From contig CAYMXS010000001.1 of assembly GCA_964394465.1 (NCBI GenBank), forward strand, positions 33,484-97,483: DNA of 64,000 bases, read 5' to 3'. The position numbers and the translations under genes are program-made. Positions 1 through 8,673 of the stretch are shown one piece after another. Position 1 is the stretch's first letter. The number at the start of each line of letters is the position of its first letter. The stretch is from an uncultured Thermoplasmata archaeon. GTDB lineage: Archaea; Thermoplasmatota; Thermoplasmata; Halarchaeoplasmatales; Halarchaeoplasmataceae. The notes under the pieces are model-generated. The model saw only the letters and a program-made list of their open reading frames with translations, had not been told where the DNA came from and ran no database searches.

Positions 1-450
1 ACCGCCGAGGATGACCAGGTCGTCGATATCATCTACCGTATCTAGAACTTCGTCTATATGGTCCACGTCTTTACGGATGGCGAACACGTTCTCCTTGTCT
101 ATACCGGGTATCGGCGGTACAAGGGGTTCGGAGCCAGTCGATAATACCAGTTTTTCATAGGATAGGTCCTCCTCTTCGTTCAGTTCGACTACTCTCTCGT
201 CCTTGTCTATGTTCTCGGCTTCGTCTATCACCAGGTCGATATCGTTCTTATCCAGTACCGCGTCAGGTATCAGGTCGTTCTCCGGTTCGTCCACGGTACC
301 GAATATGTACGGGATACCGCATGGGATGAGGACCTGCTCTTCCTTCCTGACAAGCGTGATATCCTTGTCTGGATAATGTCGTCTTGCAGTTATACCTGCC
401 GCTATGCCCGCTGCGCTTCCGCCTATGATTACTATGTCGGATTCCTTCAT
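1..450 (-). CDS. FAD-dependent pyridine nucleotide-disulfide oxidoreductase (NADH oxidase/CoA-disulfide reductase-like). This is the N-terminal ~150 aa; the gene continues past the window start.
   Basis: Minus-strand ORF running off the window edge, with ATG at 448-450. The N-terminus MKESDIVIIGGSAAGIAAG is an FAD GxGxxG motif. It is followed by LIPCGIPY, which resembles the redox-Cys region of the Nox/CoADR family. A TATA-like cttatatat lies at 487-495. Confidence 0.6.
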   Translation of the reverse strand, partial: MKESDIVIIGGSAAGIAAGITARRHYPDKDITLVRKEEQVLIPCGIPYIFGTVDEPENDLIPDAVLDKNDIDLVIDEAENIDKDERVVELNEEEDLSYEKLVLSTGSEPLVPPIPGIDKENVFAIRKDVDHIDEVLDTVDDIDDLVILGG

Positions 451-803
451 GTTATGACCCTCTTTTTCGATTTCTTTAGTCTAAACTTATATATTTGGTC
501 AAAGACGGAACTTTTGTTTATTCTTTTGCGTCTTTGACGTCTTGCAGGAAAGATAATCCTTTCCTGTGGTATCTGGAGCGAAGCTCCAGAAATATCTATT
601 GGGATCGCAGAGCAATCCCGTTGATCCTAGGGATTCAGACAAATTCTACAATGATCATTGCCTTGGTCAGCTTTTAGAAAATGAGGTCTCTCCAGAAATT
701 TCATCGAACCCTGTCTCTATACCCTTCTTGAGCATATTCTCAGGTGCATTTTTGTCTGGGATGACCTCGGTGGTGTTTTCTCCTTTGCTTTTCCTTTCTG
801 CAT

Positions 804-1181
804 TCATGGTTTTCCTCCCCCGAAATGACCCTGGACGGTCTCATCATCTAGCTGGTTCAGTTCACCCTTCTCGAGCTTCTTTACCGCTTCCTCGACCTCT
901 CCGGATCCCTTATATACCTCGATGTCCGCAGAATTCAATGTGCGATAGGCATTCGGGCCTATGTTACCGCTTATAACCGTGTCAACTTCCATGTCAGAAA
1001 GGGTCTGGACTACCTGGGGACCGACGCCATGGGCTTCCCTGGAATGAGGATTCTCCATGCATTCAAAATCCATCTCTTTTGTATCTACTATAACGAAGTA
1101 AGGGCATCTGCCGAACCTTTCGTCTATCTCTGCCTTCTCATCCGGATCTTTTGCTGATATTGCAACATTCATATCATTCAC
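804..1181 (-). CDS. Dinitrogenase FeMo-cofactor-binding (NifX/NifB-like, Nitro_FeMo-Co) domain protein
   Basis: 125-aa ORF. The pattern NVAISAKD...ERFGRCPYFVIVD...HGVGPQ...VISGNIGPNAY matches the NifX/NifB-like FeMoco-binding fold. It overlaps the upstream Mrp gene by 8 nt. Confidence 0.6.
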   Translation of the reverse strand: MNDMNVAISAKDPDEKAEIDERFGRCPYFVIVDTKEMDFECMENPHSREAHGVGPQVVQTLSDMEVDTVISGNIGPNAYRTLNSADIEVYKGSGEVEEAVKKLEKGELNQLDDETVQGHFGGGKP

Positions 1182-1935
1182 CCAATCTTTCTTTCAGTTT
1201 CTCTGTAATCTTTTCAAAGGGATCTGTGCCCGTTTTCTTATCCACGAAGGGTTCACCTTCCTCACCGCTTGACATGATCTCTGGGTCCAACGGTATCTTC
1301 CCGAGGAATGGAACTCCCGCACGCTCCGCCATCCTTTTGCCTCCACCGGAGCCGAAGACATCAATCTCTTCTCCACAGCTCGGGCATGTGAGTCTGCTCA
1401 TGTTCTCTATGACGCCCAGGACCTCCATGTCAACCTTTTCTGAGAAAGATATGGATCTTCTCACCGCCTGGACTGAGACTTCTTGGGGAGTCGTAACGAC
1501 TACCGAACCGTCGATATCCGATATCTGCTGCGCGATGCTCAGCGGCTCGTCTCCCGTACCTGGGGGTAGGTCTATGACGAGATGATCTATACCTTTCCAT
1601 CGGACCTGTTCCATGAACTGTTTGATCGCTTTCATCTTTAAAGGACCTCTCCATATCACCGCGGAATCGTCGTCGGGCAGCAGAAACTCCATGGAGACCA
1701 CTTTCAGGTTGGATGAAGCCTCTACTGGTTCTATAGAATCTTCTTCTTGAGCCGTCATCAACTCCTCTTTGACTCCCAGCATCTGAGGTATGGAGGGCCC
1801 GTGAAAGTCGCTGTCGAAGACCCCTACTTGGTTCCCCTCCGAGGCCAGCTTGGATGCTAGATTTGCGGCTACAGTACTCTTGCCGACGCCTCCCTTTCCG
1901 CTCATTACAGCTATCTTCTTCATCGGACTACTCAA
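1174..1935 (-). CDS. Mrp/NBP35/ApbC-family iron-sulfur cluster carrier ATPase
   Basis: 253 aa with a deviant Walker A KGGVGKST at the N-terminus. The body is ParA/MinD-like and there is a C-terminal CPSCGEE motif. This is the typical Mrp/NBP35 architecture. Confidence 0.85.
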   Translation of the reverse strand: MSSPMKKIAVMSGKGGVGKSTVAANLASKLASEGNQVGVFDSDFHGPSIPQMLGVKEELMTAQEEDSIEPVEASSNLKVVSMEFLLPDDDSAVIWRGPLKMKAIKQFMEQVRWKGIDHLVIDLPPGTGDEPLSIAQQISDIDGSVVVTTPQEVSVQAVRRSISFSEKVDMEVLGVIENMSRLTCPSCGEEIDVFGSGGGKRMAERAGVPFLGKIPLDPEIMSSGEEGEPFVDKKTGTDPFEKITEKLKERLGE

Positions 1936-2009
1936 ATGTTAAGGAATATAAATAAGTTTTTCTACCCGAATATGATTCGGCCTGCAAAAACTTTTATACC
2001 ACATATTCT

Positions 2010-2240
2010 GTGATACCACTAATCATGCTTCTAAACCACCTCGATGTAGGGGAAGAAGGCAGGATCGTTTCTATAGAGGGTGGTCGTGGTTTCAGGCAGA
2101 AATTGGCCTTGAGAGGCGTCCGTGAGGGCTCCATAGTCCGGGTCATCTCCTATCACGGACCCTTGACGGTAGAGGTGGATAGCTCCATGGTCTCCATGGG
2201 TAGGGGGATGGCTAGCAAGATCAGAGTGAGACGGTTGTGA
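2010..2240 (+). CDS. feoA: FeoA-family small protein (ferrous iron transport protein A)
   Basis: 76 aa. LDVGEEGRIVSIEGGRGFRQKLALRGVREGSIVRV is the SH3-like FeoA motif. It sits immediately upstream of a second feoA and of feoB. Confidence 0.6.
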   Translation: MIPLIMLLNHLDVGEEGRIVSIEGGRGFRQKLALRGVREGSIVRVISYHGPLTVEVDSSMVSMGRGMASKIRVRRL

Positions 2241-2473
2241 TATGCATGGAGAAGGAACTAAATGACATGGACTACGGAGAGAAGGGGGTCATAAAAGAGA
2301 TAGAAGAAGAGCTAAAGATGAAGCTCTCCGGGATGGGGGTCCGAGAAGGTAAAGGGTTGATCTTCAAGACGAGACATCCCATAAACGGTCCAGTTGTTAT
2401 AGAGGTCGAAGGTTCTACCACGTCCATGGGCGCCGGTCTAGCCGGCAAGATAACGGTGGAGGTCGAGGAATGA
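2237..2473 (+). CDS. feoA: FeoA-family small protein, second copy
   Basis: 78 aa. MDYGEKGVIKEI...LSGMGVREGKGLIF matches FeoA. Its 4-nt overlaps with neighbours suggest an operon. Confidence 0.6.
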   Translation: MICMEKELNDMDYGEKGVIKEIEEELKMKLSGMGVREGKGLIFKTRHPINGPVVIEVEGSTTSMGAGLAGKITVEVEE

Positions 2474-3000
2474 AGCTGTTGTTGATGGGTCATCCAAACG
2501 TGGGAAAGAGTGTCCTGTTCAACCGTTTGACCGGCGCCAGCGTGACTGAGTCGAACTACCCGGGCACTACAATCGATTATACCGAGGGGTACATGCAGTT
2601 GGACGGCGAAGAGATACAGCTCATCGATGTACCTGGAACGTTTTCGCTGGAACCCAGGGACAAGGCGGAAGAGGTGGCTGTCGAGATGCTGGAAGATAAT
2701 CCCGACTCGGTGGTCATATGCGTCATAGATTCCACAAAGCTGGAGAGGGGCCTTTACCTGGCGTTAGAGATCATGGAGAAGGGCTTCCCGATGATCATCG
2801 CCTTGAACATGTGGGACGTGGCCGAGGACAAGGAGATCGATATAGACGTAGAGCGATTGAGGGAGATCCTAGAGGTACCAGTGATCCCAACGATCGCGGT
2901 GAGCGGTAAAGGAGTGAAGGAGCTGGTATCCGAGGTGAAGAGAGCGGACCCAGTGGATGTTTCAAGGGTCAAAGAGGAAGTGGAGGTCAGCCCTAAATGA
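2470..3000 (+). CDS. feoB: Ferrous iron transporter FeoB, N-terminal GTPase (G-domain) polypeptide of a split FeoB
   Basis: 176 aa. GHPNVGKSVLFNRLTG is the G1 motif and DVPGTFSL is G3. NMWD is a probable G4, and the domain belongs to the FeoB small GTPase family. The stop overlaps the start of the membrane part. Confidence 0.85.
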   Translation: MKLLLMGHPNVGKSVLFNRLTGASVTESNYPGTTIDYTEGYMQLDGEEIQLIDVPGTFSLEPRDKAEEVAVEMLEDNPDSVVICVIDSTKLERGLYLALEIMEKGFPMIIALNMWDVAEDKEIDIDVERLREILEVPVIPTIAVSGKGVKELVSEVKRADPVDVSRVKEEVEVSPK

Positions 3001-4232
3001 AGCTGGACGTCGATGAAAGGTGGGACCTGGTCGACAGGATAGCCGAGGAAACGGTCAACTACGGGGAGAGGGAGACCACGCTGAAGGACGCCATAGCCGA
3101 GATAACGGTCAAGCCCTGGACCGGCATACCTATAGCTATAACGGTTCTATACGGCTTCTGGGCCTTCTTCGGGGCCTTTGCAGGCTTCTTCACGGACGGC
3201 TTCTTCGTGAAGATATTCGACGAGCACTGGCTGCCCTGGCTTCAGAGTGCCTTTCCCGGCAAGGGCTCCTGGTACTACTTCATACTGGTGGGTGACCCAG
3301 CCGCGGGAAACAGCTTCGAGGCCTTCGGGGTCCTCACCTCCGGTCTGTTCGTGGCCGTGGGTGTCGTCTTACCTGCCATCACCGCCTTCTATCTCTATCT
3401 TATAATCCTGGAAGACAGCGGGTACATGCCCAGATTGGCCGTGTTAGTGGACACATTACTGCACAAGATAGGCCTGCACGGATTCGCTATAGTTCCGATG
3501 GTCCTTTCACTGGGATGTAATGTTCCTGGTGTCGCTGCGACTAGGACCTTGCAGACGAAGAAACAGCGCTTCATGATGATGACGCTCCTTGCCATATTCA
3601 TACCGTGCGGCGCTCAGCTCGGTGTCATTTTCTCTCTGATACCTCAGTACGCCGGCATGATCTTGATCTACCTGTTGATAGGTTTCTTCTTCTTCGGATT
3701 CGTACTGCATAAACTTATACCCGGCAGGTCCCCTGAGATACTGATCGATATACCTCCCTACAGGATGCCCTCCCTGGACAACGTATCCAAGAAACTGTGG
3801 GTCCGGACGAAGTCTTTCTTCACTACGGCGATCCCCTTTGTGCTGTTCGGCGTTGCGTTGGTCAATATCCTTTATCTTGGTGGAGTCATCGATTTTTTGG
3901 CTGGGGCTCTAGGGCCAATTCTCACCAACTGGTTCGGAGTACCCCAGGAGACCATAGGACCCCTTATAGCCGGGTTCCTCAGGAAGGACCTAGCCGTAGC
4001 ACAGCTATCCGCTATAGAGATGACGAAGTATCAGTTGATCAGTTCCGTGGTTCTTGTCAACCTGTACTTCCCCTGTATAGCCACGTTCATAATGATGATG
4101 AAGGAGGGCAGTGAGAGGGGTATAAAAGGGGTGTTAGAGAACCTGGGAGGGAGTATTCTAGTTCTACTGACGGTACTCTTCGTATGGGGCGGCCTGTTGC
4201 ATCTCATCTGGATCGTATCGGGGGTGGGCTAG
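2997..4232 (+). CDS. feoB: Ferrous iron transporter FeoB, C-terminal polytopic membrane polypeptide of a split FeoB
   Basis: 411 aa and highly hydrophobic. FeoB gate-motif-like segments are present, and it starts inside the stop of the G-domain gene. Confidence 0.8.
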   Translation: MKLDVDERWDLVDRIAEETVNYGERETTLKDAIAEITVKPWTGIPIAITVLYGFWAFFGAFAGFFTDGFFVKIFDEHWLPWLQSAFPGKGSWYYFILVGDPAAGNSFEAFGVLTSGLFVAVGVVLPAITAFYLYLIILEDSGYMPRLAVLVDTLLHKIGLHGFAIVPMVLSLGCNVPGVAATRTLQTKKQRFMMMTLLAIFIPCGAQLGVIFSLIPQYAGMILIYLLIGFFFFGFVLHKLIPGRSPEILIDIPPYRMPSLDNVSKKLWVRTKSFFTTAIPFVLFGVALVNILYLGGVIDFLAGALGPILTNWFGVPQETIGPLIAGFLRKDLAVAQLSAIEMTKYQLISSVVLVNLYFPCIATFIMMMKEGSERGIKGVLENLGGSILVLLTVLFVWGGLLHLIWIVSGVG

Positions 4233-4691
4233 GTGGAGGATAAAAAGAGCTTCAAGATAGGTAGTATCTACTTTGGAATCCTCGGTCTTCTTGTGGTTTC
4301 AACGGGAGCTGCAGAGATGATACTGGGGGCTCTGAACAAGACAGTTCAGTCCAGTGCTGTTATATTCTCCGGATACTTCATGCTCTGGCGCGGACTGATA
4401 TTGGTCTCCGCCGGTCTCTTTTATCTGAGCAGTGTGAAGGATTTTTCAGATATCCACCAGCAGGCGAAAACGTTGGTAGGTTCGATCATGATATGGGTCA
4501 TCGCGGGCATGCAGCTGTTCAGCACATTGCTGGGAGCCACACCCGGAGGGGAAGACCGCTGGTTCAATACCTGGGACGGTTTTCTTTCCAGCTTTTCACC
4601 GCCCTATATTCCATCCCTGTTTCTCTTGCCACTCACCCTCTTCGTGTTATACTATGTCTATCTGAACAAAGAAGCAGGAAGGATACAGTGA
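4233..4691 (+). CDS. Small integral membrane protein with about 4 TM helices, function unknown
   Basis: 152-aa hydrophobic ORF. A GTG start sits directly after the feoB stop, so it is likely co-transcribed with feoAB. Confidence 0.4.
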   Translation: MEDKKSFKIGSIYFGILGLLVVSTGAAEMILGALNKTVQSSAVIFSGYFMLWRGLILVSAGLFYLSSVKDFSDIHQQAKTLVGSIMIWVIAGMQLFSTLLGATPGGEDRWFNTWDGFLSSFSPPYIPSLFLLPLTLFVLYYVYLNKEAGRIQ

Positions 4692-4747
4692 GGCTTTATA
4701 AGTTATGGAGATAAAAAACCGAAAGGTTTTAGACCCACCGAATAATT

Positions 4748-5206
4748 GTGTACTCGATGCTTGGAAAAAGAGAAGAGGAATATCTCGAATCTATATACGA
4801 AGTGGTACAGGATAAAGGATACGCCAAGGTGAAGGATATATCTGATGTGATGGATGTCGGTCTCTCCTCGGTAACGGAGATGTTCCAAAAACTGGATGAT
4901 AAGGGCTACATAAACTACAAGAAGTACAGCGGAGTGACCCTGACTGAGAAGGGGGAAGATAAGGCCGTTGAACTGTCGGAGAAACATGAAGTCCTTAGAG
5001 ATTTCTTCGTCATCCTGGGGGTCGATGAGGATATCGCCGACGAGGACGCCTGTAATATCGAGCATGTTGTAAGGCCGGAGACGATGGACAGGTTGACCCA
5101 ATTCGTGGACTTCATCGAGAGCCATGAAGAGCTGCCCTGGCTCGATAGGTTCAAGGAGTATTACGAGACCGGTGATCTGGAGCGACATACCCCGGACGAA
5201 GAGTAG
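4748..5206 (+). CDS. DtxR/MntR-family metal-dependent transcriptional repressor
   Basis: 152 aa. An N-terminal wHTH (EEYLESIYEV...GYAKVKDISDVMDVGLSSVTEMFQKLDDKGYINY) is followed by a metal-binding/dimerisation region (EKHEVLRDFF..EDACNIEHV). It lies next to the feo genes. Confidence 0.8.
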   Translation: MYSMLGKREEEYLESIYEVVQDKGYAKVKDISDVMDVGLSSVTEMFQKLDDKGYINYKKYSGVTLTEKGEDKAVELSEKHEVLRDFFVILGVDEDIADEDACNIEHVVRPETMDRLTQFVDFIESHEELPWLDRFKEYYETGDLERHTPDEE

Positions 5207-5243
5207 AGAGATAACCAAGCATATTTCTATCGCTCGGATAATC

Positions 5244-5261
5244 TTCGGCTAACCAAAATTA
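5244..5261 (+). promoter_or_regulatory. Conserved 18-mer TTCGGCTAACCAAAATTA upstream of metK. It is a candidate operator/BRE-proximal regulatory site.
   Basis: Identical at 17 of 18 positions to 9541-9558 upstream of the nuoB-like gene. It sits 52-69 nt upstream of the metK ATG, directly 5' of an A/T-rich TATA-like stretch (5254-5270). Confidence 0.4.
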
Positions 5262-5312
5262 TTAATATTTTGATCATCCTGCGGTACAGGAATAGGATAG
5301 AAGGTCTTTGAT

Positions 5313-6464
5313 ATGAAAAGAAGAGCTGGAGATGAAAGGTATCTTTTGACCTCGGAGTCCGTCACAGAAGGTCATCCAGATAAGATGGCGGACAAGATAA
5401 GCGATGCGATACTGGATGAATTCCTCAGGAAGGATCCAAACTCCAAGGTCGCCTGCGAGACCGTCTTGACCAACGGGATGGCTTTTGTAGCGGGAGAGAT
5501 CACCAGTGAAGGCTACGTGGATATCAACGACGTGGTCAGAGAGACCGTTAGAGACATAGGTTATACGGAGTTCGAATACGGCTGCGAGGCCAATTCCTGT
5601 GGTGTAACAACGGCGATACATAAACAGAGTACAGATATAGCTCGGGGCGTAGAGAGAGAGGACCAAGGTGCCGGTGATCAGGGTATAATGTTCGGTTATG
5701 CTACTGACGAAACGGAGGAGATGATGCCACTGCCCATAACCATGGCACATAAACTGGTGGAGAGGCTGACAGAAGTGAGAAAAGAGGATATCCTTTCCTA
5801 CCTGAGACCCGACGGCAAATCTCAGATCACCCTGGAATATCGAGGCTGCGAGGCTGTAAGGGTTGATGACGTTGTTATAGCGGCACAGCATGATCCAGAG
5901 ATAGATATGAGAAAACTGCGGGAGGATGTAAAAGAGGAGGTAATCCAGCCCGTCTGCGGGTCACTTTTGGATGGAAAAACGTCCTACAATATCAATGCTA
6001 CGGGAAGGTTCGTCAGGGGTGGTCCTCATGCAGACACCGGTCTGACGGGCAGGAAGATCATAGTGGATACCTATGGGGGTCACGGCAGCCACGGAGGAGG
6101 CTGTTTCTCGGGGAAGGATCCTTCTAAAGTGGACAGGTCCGGCGCCTACATGTCCAGGTATATCGCCAAGAACGTGGTTAAAGCGGGTCTGGCCAAGAAG
6201 TGCGAGGTCCAACTCAGCTACGCTATCGGTGTTTCAGAGCCCACGAGTATACTCGTGAATACGTATGATACGGGTAATATTCCTGAATCCGAGATACAAG
6301 AACTCATAAGAGAAGGGTTCCCGCTGAAGCCCCGGGATATGATAGAGCATCTCGATCTTCTGAGGCCGATCTATCGAAAAACGGCGGCCTACGGACACTT
6401 CGGTAGAGATGAAGAAGAGTTCACGTGGGAGAAGACCGATCGTATAGATCTTTCTGATCGGTAG
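5313..6464 (+). CDS. metK: S-adenosylmethionine synthetase, bacterial/eukaryotic type (MetK)
   Basis: 383 aa. It shows the hallmark motifs [37 protein letters not shown] and [13 protein letters not shown]. It is co-linear with E. coli MetK along the whole length. Confidence 0.9.
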   Translation: MKRRAGDERYLLTSESVTEGHPDKMADKISDAILDEFLRKDPNSKVACETVLTNGMAFVAGEITSEGYVDINDVVRETVRDIGYTEFEYGCEANSCGVTTAIHKQSTDIARGVEREDQGAGDQGIMFGYATDETEEMMPLPITMAHKLVERLTEVRKEDILSYLRPDGKSQITLEYRGCEAVRVDDVVIAAQHDPEIDMRKLREDVKEEVIQPVCGSLLDGKTSYNINATGRFVRGGPHADTGLTGRKIIVDTYGGHGSHGGGCFSGKDPSKVDRSGAYMSRYIAKNVVKAGLAKKCEVQLSYAIGVSEPTSILVNTYDTGNIPESEIQELIREGFPLKPRDMIEHLDLLRPIYRKTAAYGHFGRDEEEFTWEKTDRIDLSDR

Positions 6465-6466
6465 AT

Positions 6467-7222
6467 ATGCATCAAAGGGAGATAGGTATGATGATAGTAG
6501 AAGAGATACTCGAGACGGTGGAGTATGAGCTGGAAGAGAGAAAAGCTCAAGATGTTTTGATCGGTCTGTCCTATACCATGGTAAAACTCGATGACGGACG
6601 GACCGGTCTGGCCAACACGATAATAGAAACGGACAGCCCCTGCAGGTCACTGCAGGACAGAGCCGGTGACCTTTCTGGTGAGAACGCCCTGCAGTTGGCT
6701 GAGGAACTGAAGAGCACGGACCTTATCCGTTCGTCTTTAGGTCTAGCGACCATAAACGCCGTGGTCAACTCCGATATAGAGAGTGACTGTCCTCCCATGA
6801 TGAAGTCCTTGGATATATCGGAAAAAGATACGGTAGGCATGGTGGGACATTTCAGACCTTTGGTAGATAGGATAAAAGAGAGGAGTAAGGAACTGTATGT
6901 GATCGAGAGAAAGGACCACAGCGAGGACTACATCTACCCGGACTGGACATCCAGCATGTTACTGCCGAGGTGCGATAAGGTCATAATATCTGGTTCCACC
7001 TTGATAAACAAGACGATAGATCACCTGCTGTCCCTCTGTGATGGGACTGTGGGTATCATGGGACCGTCCACCACACACAGCCCAGTCTTTAAAGAAGAGG
7101 GCGTGGGTTATCTCTTTGGATCTAGAGTGGTCGATCCAGAAAGGTTGTTCAAGATAATATCAGAAGGAGGAGGAACTAGAGCCTTCGGTGAAACTGTAGA
7201 AAAAGTGAACCAGAAGCTTTGA
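6467..7222 (+). CDS. DUF4213/DUF364-family protein (a so-called putative heavy-metal chelation Rossmann-like domain)
   Basis: 251 aa. The N-terminal pattern VLIGLSYTMVKLDDGRTGLANT and the C-terminal Rossmann-like block (VGMVGHFRP..VIISGSTLINKTIDHLL) match my recollection of this family. There is only a 2-nt gap after metK. Confidence 0.55.
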   Translation: MHQREIGMMIVEEILETVEYELEERKAQDVLIGLSYTMVKLDDGRTGLANTIIETDSPCRSLQDRAGDLSGENALQLAEELKSTDLIRSSLGLATINAVVNSDIESDCPPMMKSLDISEKDTVGMVGHFRPLVDRIKERSKELYVIERKDHSEDYIYPDWTSSMLLPRCDKVIISGSTLINKTIDHLLSLCDGTVGIMGPSTTHSPVFKEEGVGYLFGSRVVDPERLFKIISEGGGTRAFGETVEKVNQKL

Positions 7223-7224
7223 TC

Positions 7225-7893
7225 TTAAATATCCATCCGGAAACCGACGCCGCACTCCCTGTATTTTTTTGGATATCTCTCCTTGATCTTATCCAGGAGC
7301 ATGGTACAGTGGCACGGTACCAATACCGAGATATCTTCAAGGACGTCAAGGTCGCTGAAACCGTGGTAGCCACCTATCACGCTGTTGACCCTGCCCAACT
7401 CAGAGGCCTTCTCGATTATATTGCCTATCCCTGGGTGACCGCAGCCTGTGATGATGTTTATCCCATCCTTTCCCTCCACCAGTAAAGACTGTTCCTTGAT
7501 GGCCTTGCCCAGTTCACCCGTGGTGTACACATTTTCGACGATCTTCTCCCCTTCGGTAACGGCCATGAGGTCACCTTTCAGATCGAACTCCTTTTCTATC
7601 CTCTGGATCAGGGAGCTGGGTACGAATATTTTAACGTCCTGGTCCTTGAAGAGTGAAAGACCATTGAAATGGTCCCAGTGTCTGTGTGATACGACGATGA
7701 TATCGATATCCTCTTTGGAGATACCGAGCTGTTCCATATTGTGTTGAAGTATGTTCTCATCATGCCCTACATCGAACAAGATATCTTTATCTTCTATCTT
7801 GACATGTATAGAGACCCCCCAGTCTGGATACAGATCCTCATCCAATATCTTATCATCATACAGCACTGTGATCTCTATGTTTTCGTCTGACAT
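7225..7893 (-). CDS. MBL-fold metallo-hydrolase (paralogue A)
   Basis: 222 aa. VVSHRHWDHFNGL is the HxHxDH metal-binding motif. A C-terminal GCGHPG...HC block is shared with the paralogue at 12927-13574. Confidence 0.6.
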   Translation of the reverse strand: MSDENIEITVLYDDKILDEDLYPDWGVSIHVKIEDKDILFDVGHDENILQHNMEQLGISKEDIDIIVVSHRHWDHFNGLSLFKDQDVKIFVPSSLIQRIEKEFDLKGDLMAVTEGEKIVENVYTTGELGKAIKEQSLLVEGKDGINIITGCGHPGIGNIIEKASELGRVNSVIGGYHGFSDLDVLEDISVLVPCHCTMLLDKIKERYPKKYRECGVGFRMDI

Positions 7894-8044
7894 CCATTTT
7901 CCTCCTCTTCGAATCTACTCAATCGTGTAAGAATATAAATATTTACCCGTTCTCCATGATTTTCATAACCTGAGTAGATATGATAGACCCTCAACGGATG
8001 CATACCCTGGGCTTCATCGGAGTTCTATGCAGTAAAACGGACCG

Positions 8045-8404
8045 TTACTGATTCTTCATCGCCTGCAGTTCTTCTAGTGTCTTTTCTATCACGGTCTTCT
8101 CCTTGTTGAAGTGCTTCATCATCCTATTGAGACATTTCTGGTCTTCGTCTTCGCCGTCCAGGTGTTCGGCGCATGCTCTCATGTACTCCTTCGTCTCGTC
8201 CACGTTGGCTTCGATCTCCTCGGGTATCTTATCGCTGTCGTGTTTAACTGCGTCCTGTGGACATACTCCATGACAGAGACCACAGTGTATGCAGCCGTCC
8301 ATGTCTATCTCCGGTTCATCTTCGGCCATATATATCGTATCTACAGGGCACTTCTCTACGCATATTCCGCATCCTATACAGTCGTCTTCATCTATCCATG
8401 GCAT
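8045..8404 (-). CDS. 2x[4Fe-4S] ferredoxin-domain protein
   Basis: 119 aa with two CxxCxxCxxxCP motifs (CIGCGICVEKCP and CIHCGLCHGVCP) and an acidic C-terminal half. Confidence 0.7.
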   Translation of the reverse strand: MPWIDEDDCIGCGICVEKCPVDTIYMAEDEPEIDMDGCIHCGLCHGVCPQDAVKHDSDKIPEEIEANVDETKEYMRACAEHLDGEDEDQKCLNRMMKHFNKEKTVIEKTLEELQAMKNQ

Positions 8405-8438
8405 ATTATCATCTCTTTTTTCTATTTCATTTTTTATT

Positions 8439-8663
8439 TCATTCTAGACTTATCGCGTGCTGTTTCATCTTGATCCTGTGAGACCTGTTTATCCCTACTA
8501 CATTGCCGCACTCACACCTCACCTCTTTACCCTCCACTACGCTGTGGTCCTCCAGTATCCTCTCTTTGTGGCAGTTAACTAGGTTTCCGTCCCCGTATTT
8601 CACGTATTTGAAGAGGAGTCTTCCACATTCGGTGCACTTGATATCGTAGGTTCTTCTCCTCAT
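8439..8663 (-). CDS. Cysteine/histidine-rich small zinc-finger protein, function unknown
   Basis: 74 aa with CTECG...CH...CECG spacing. It lies between the ferredoxin and the UDG on the same strand. Confidence 0.4.
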   Translation of the reverse strand: MRRRTYDIKCTECGRLLFKYVKYGDGNLVNCHKERILEDHSVVEGKEVRCECGNVVGINRSHRIKMKQHAISLE

Positions 8664-8673
8664 GCTTCATCAC

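Noticed and set aside
495-976. ORFs 495-677 (+) and 566-976 (+) in the 451-803 interval
   Set aside because: They have no motifs, are low-complexity, and overlap the 3' end of the minus-strand NifX-like gene. The region is more plausibly a promoter or UTR for the Nox-like gene.
5274-5891. 205-aa ORF antisense to metK
   Set aside because: It sits fully inside the highly conserved metK coding sequence. No motifs were found.
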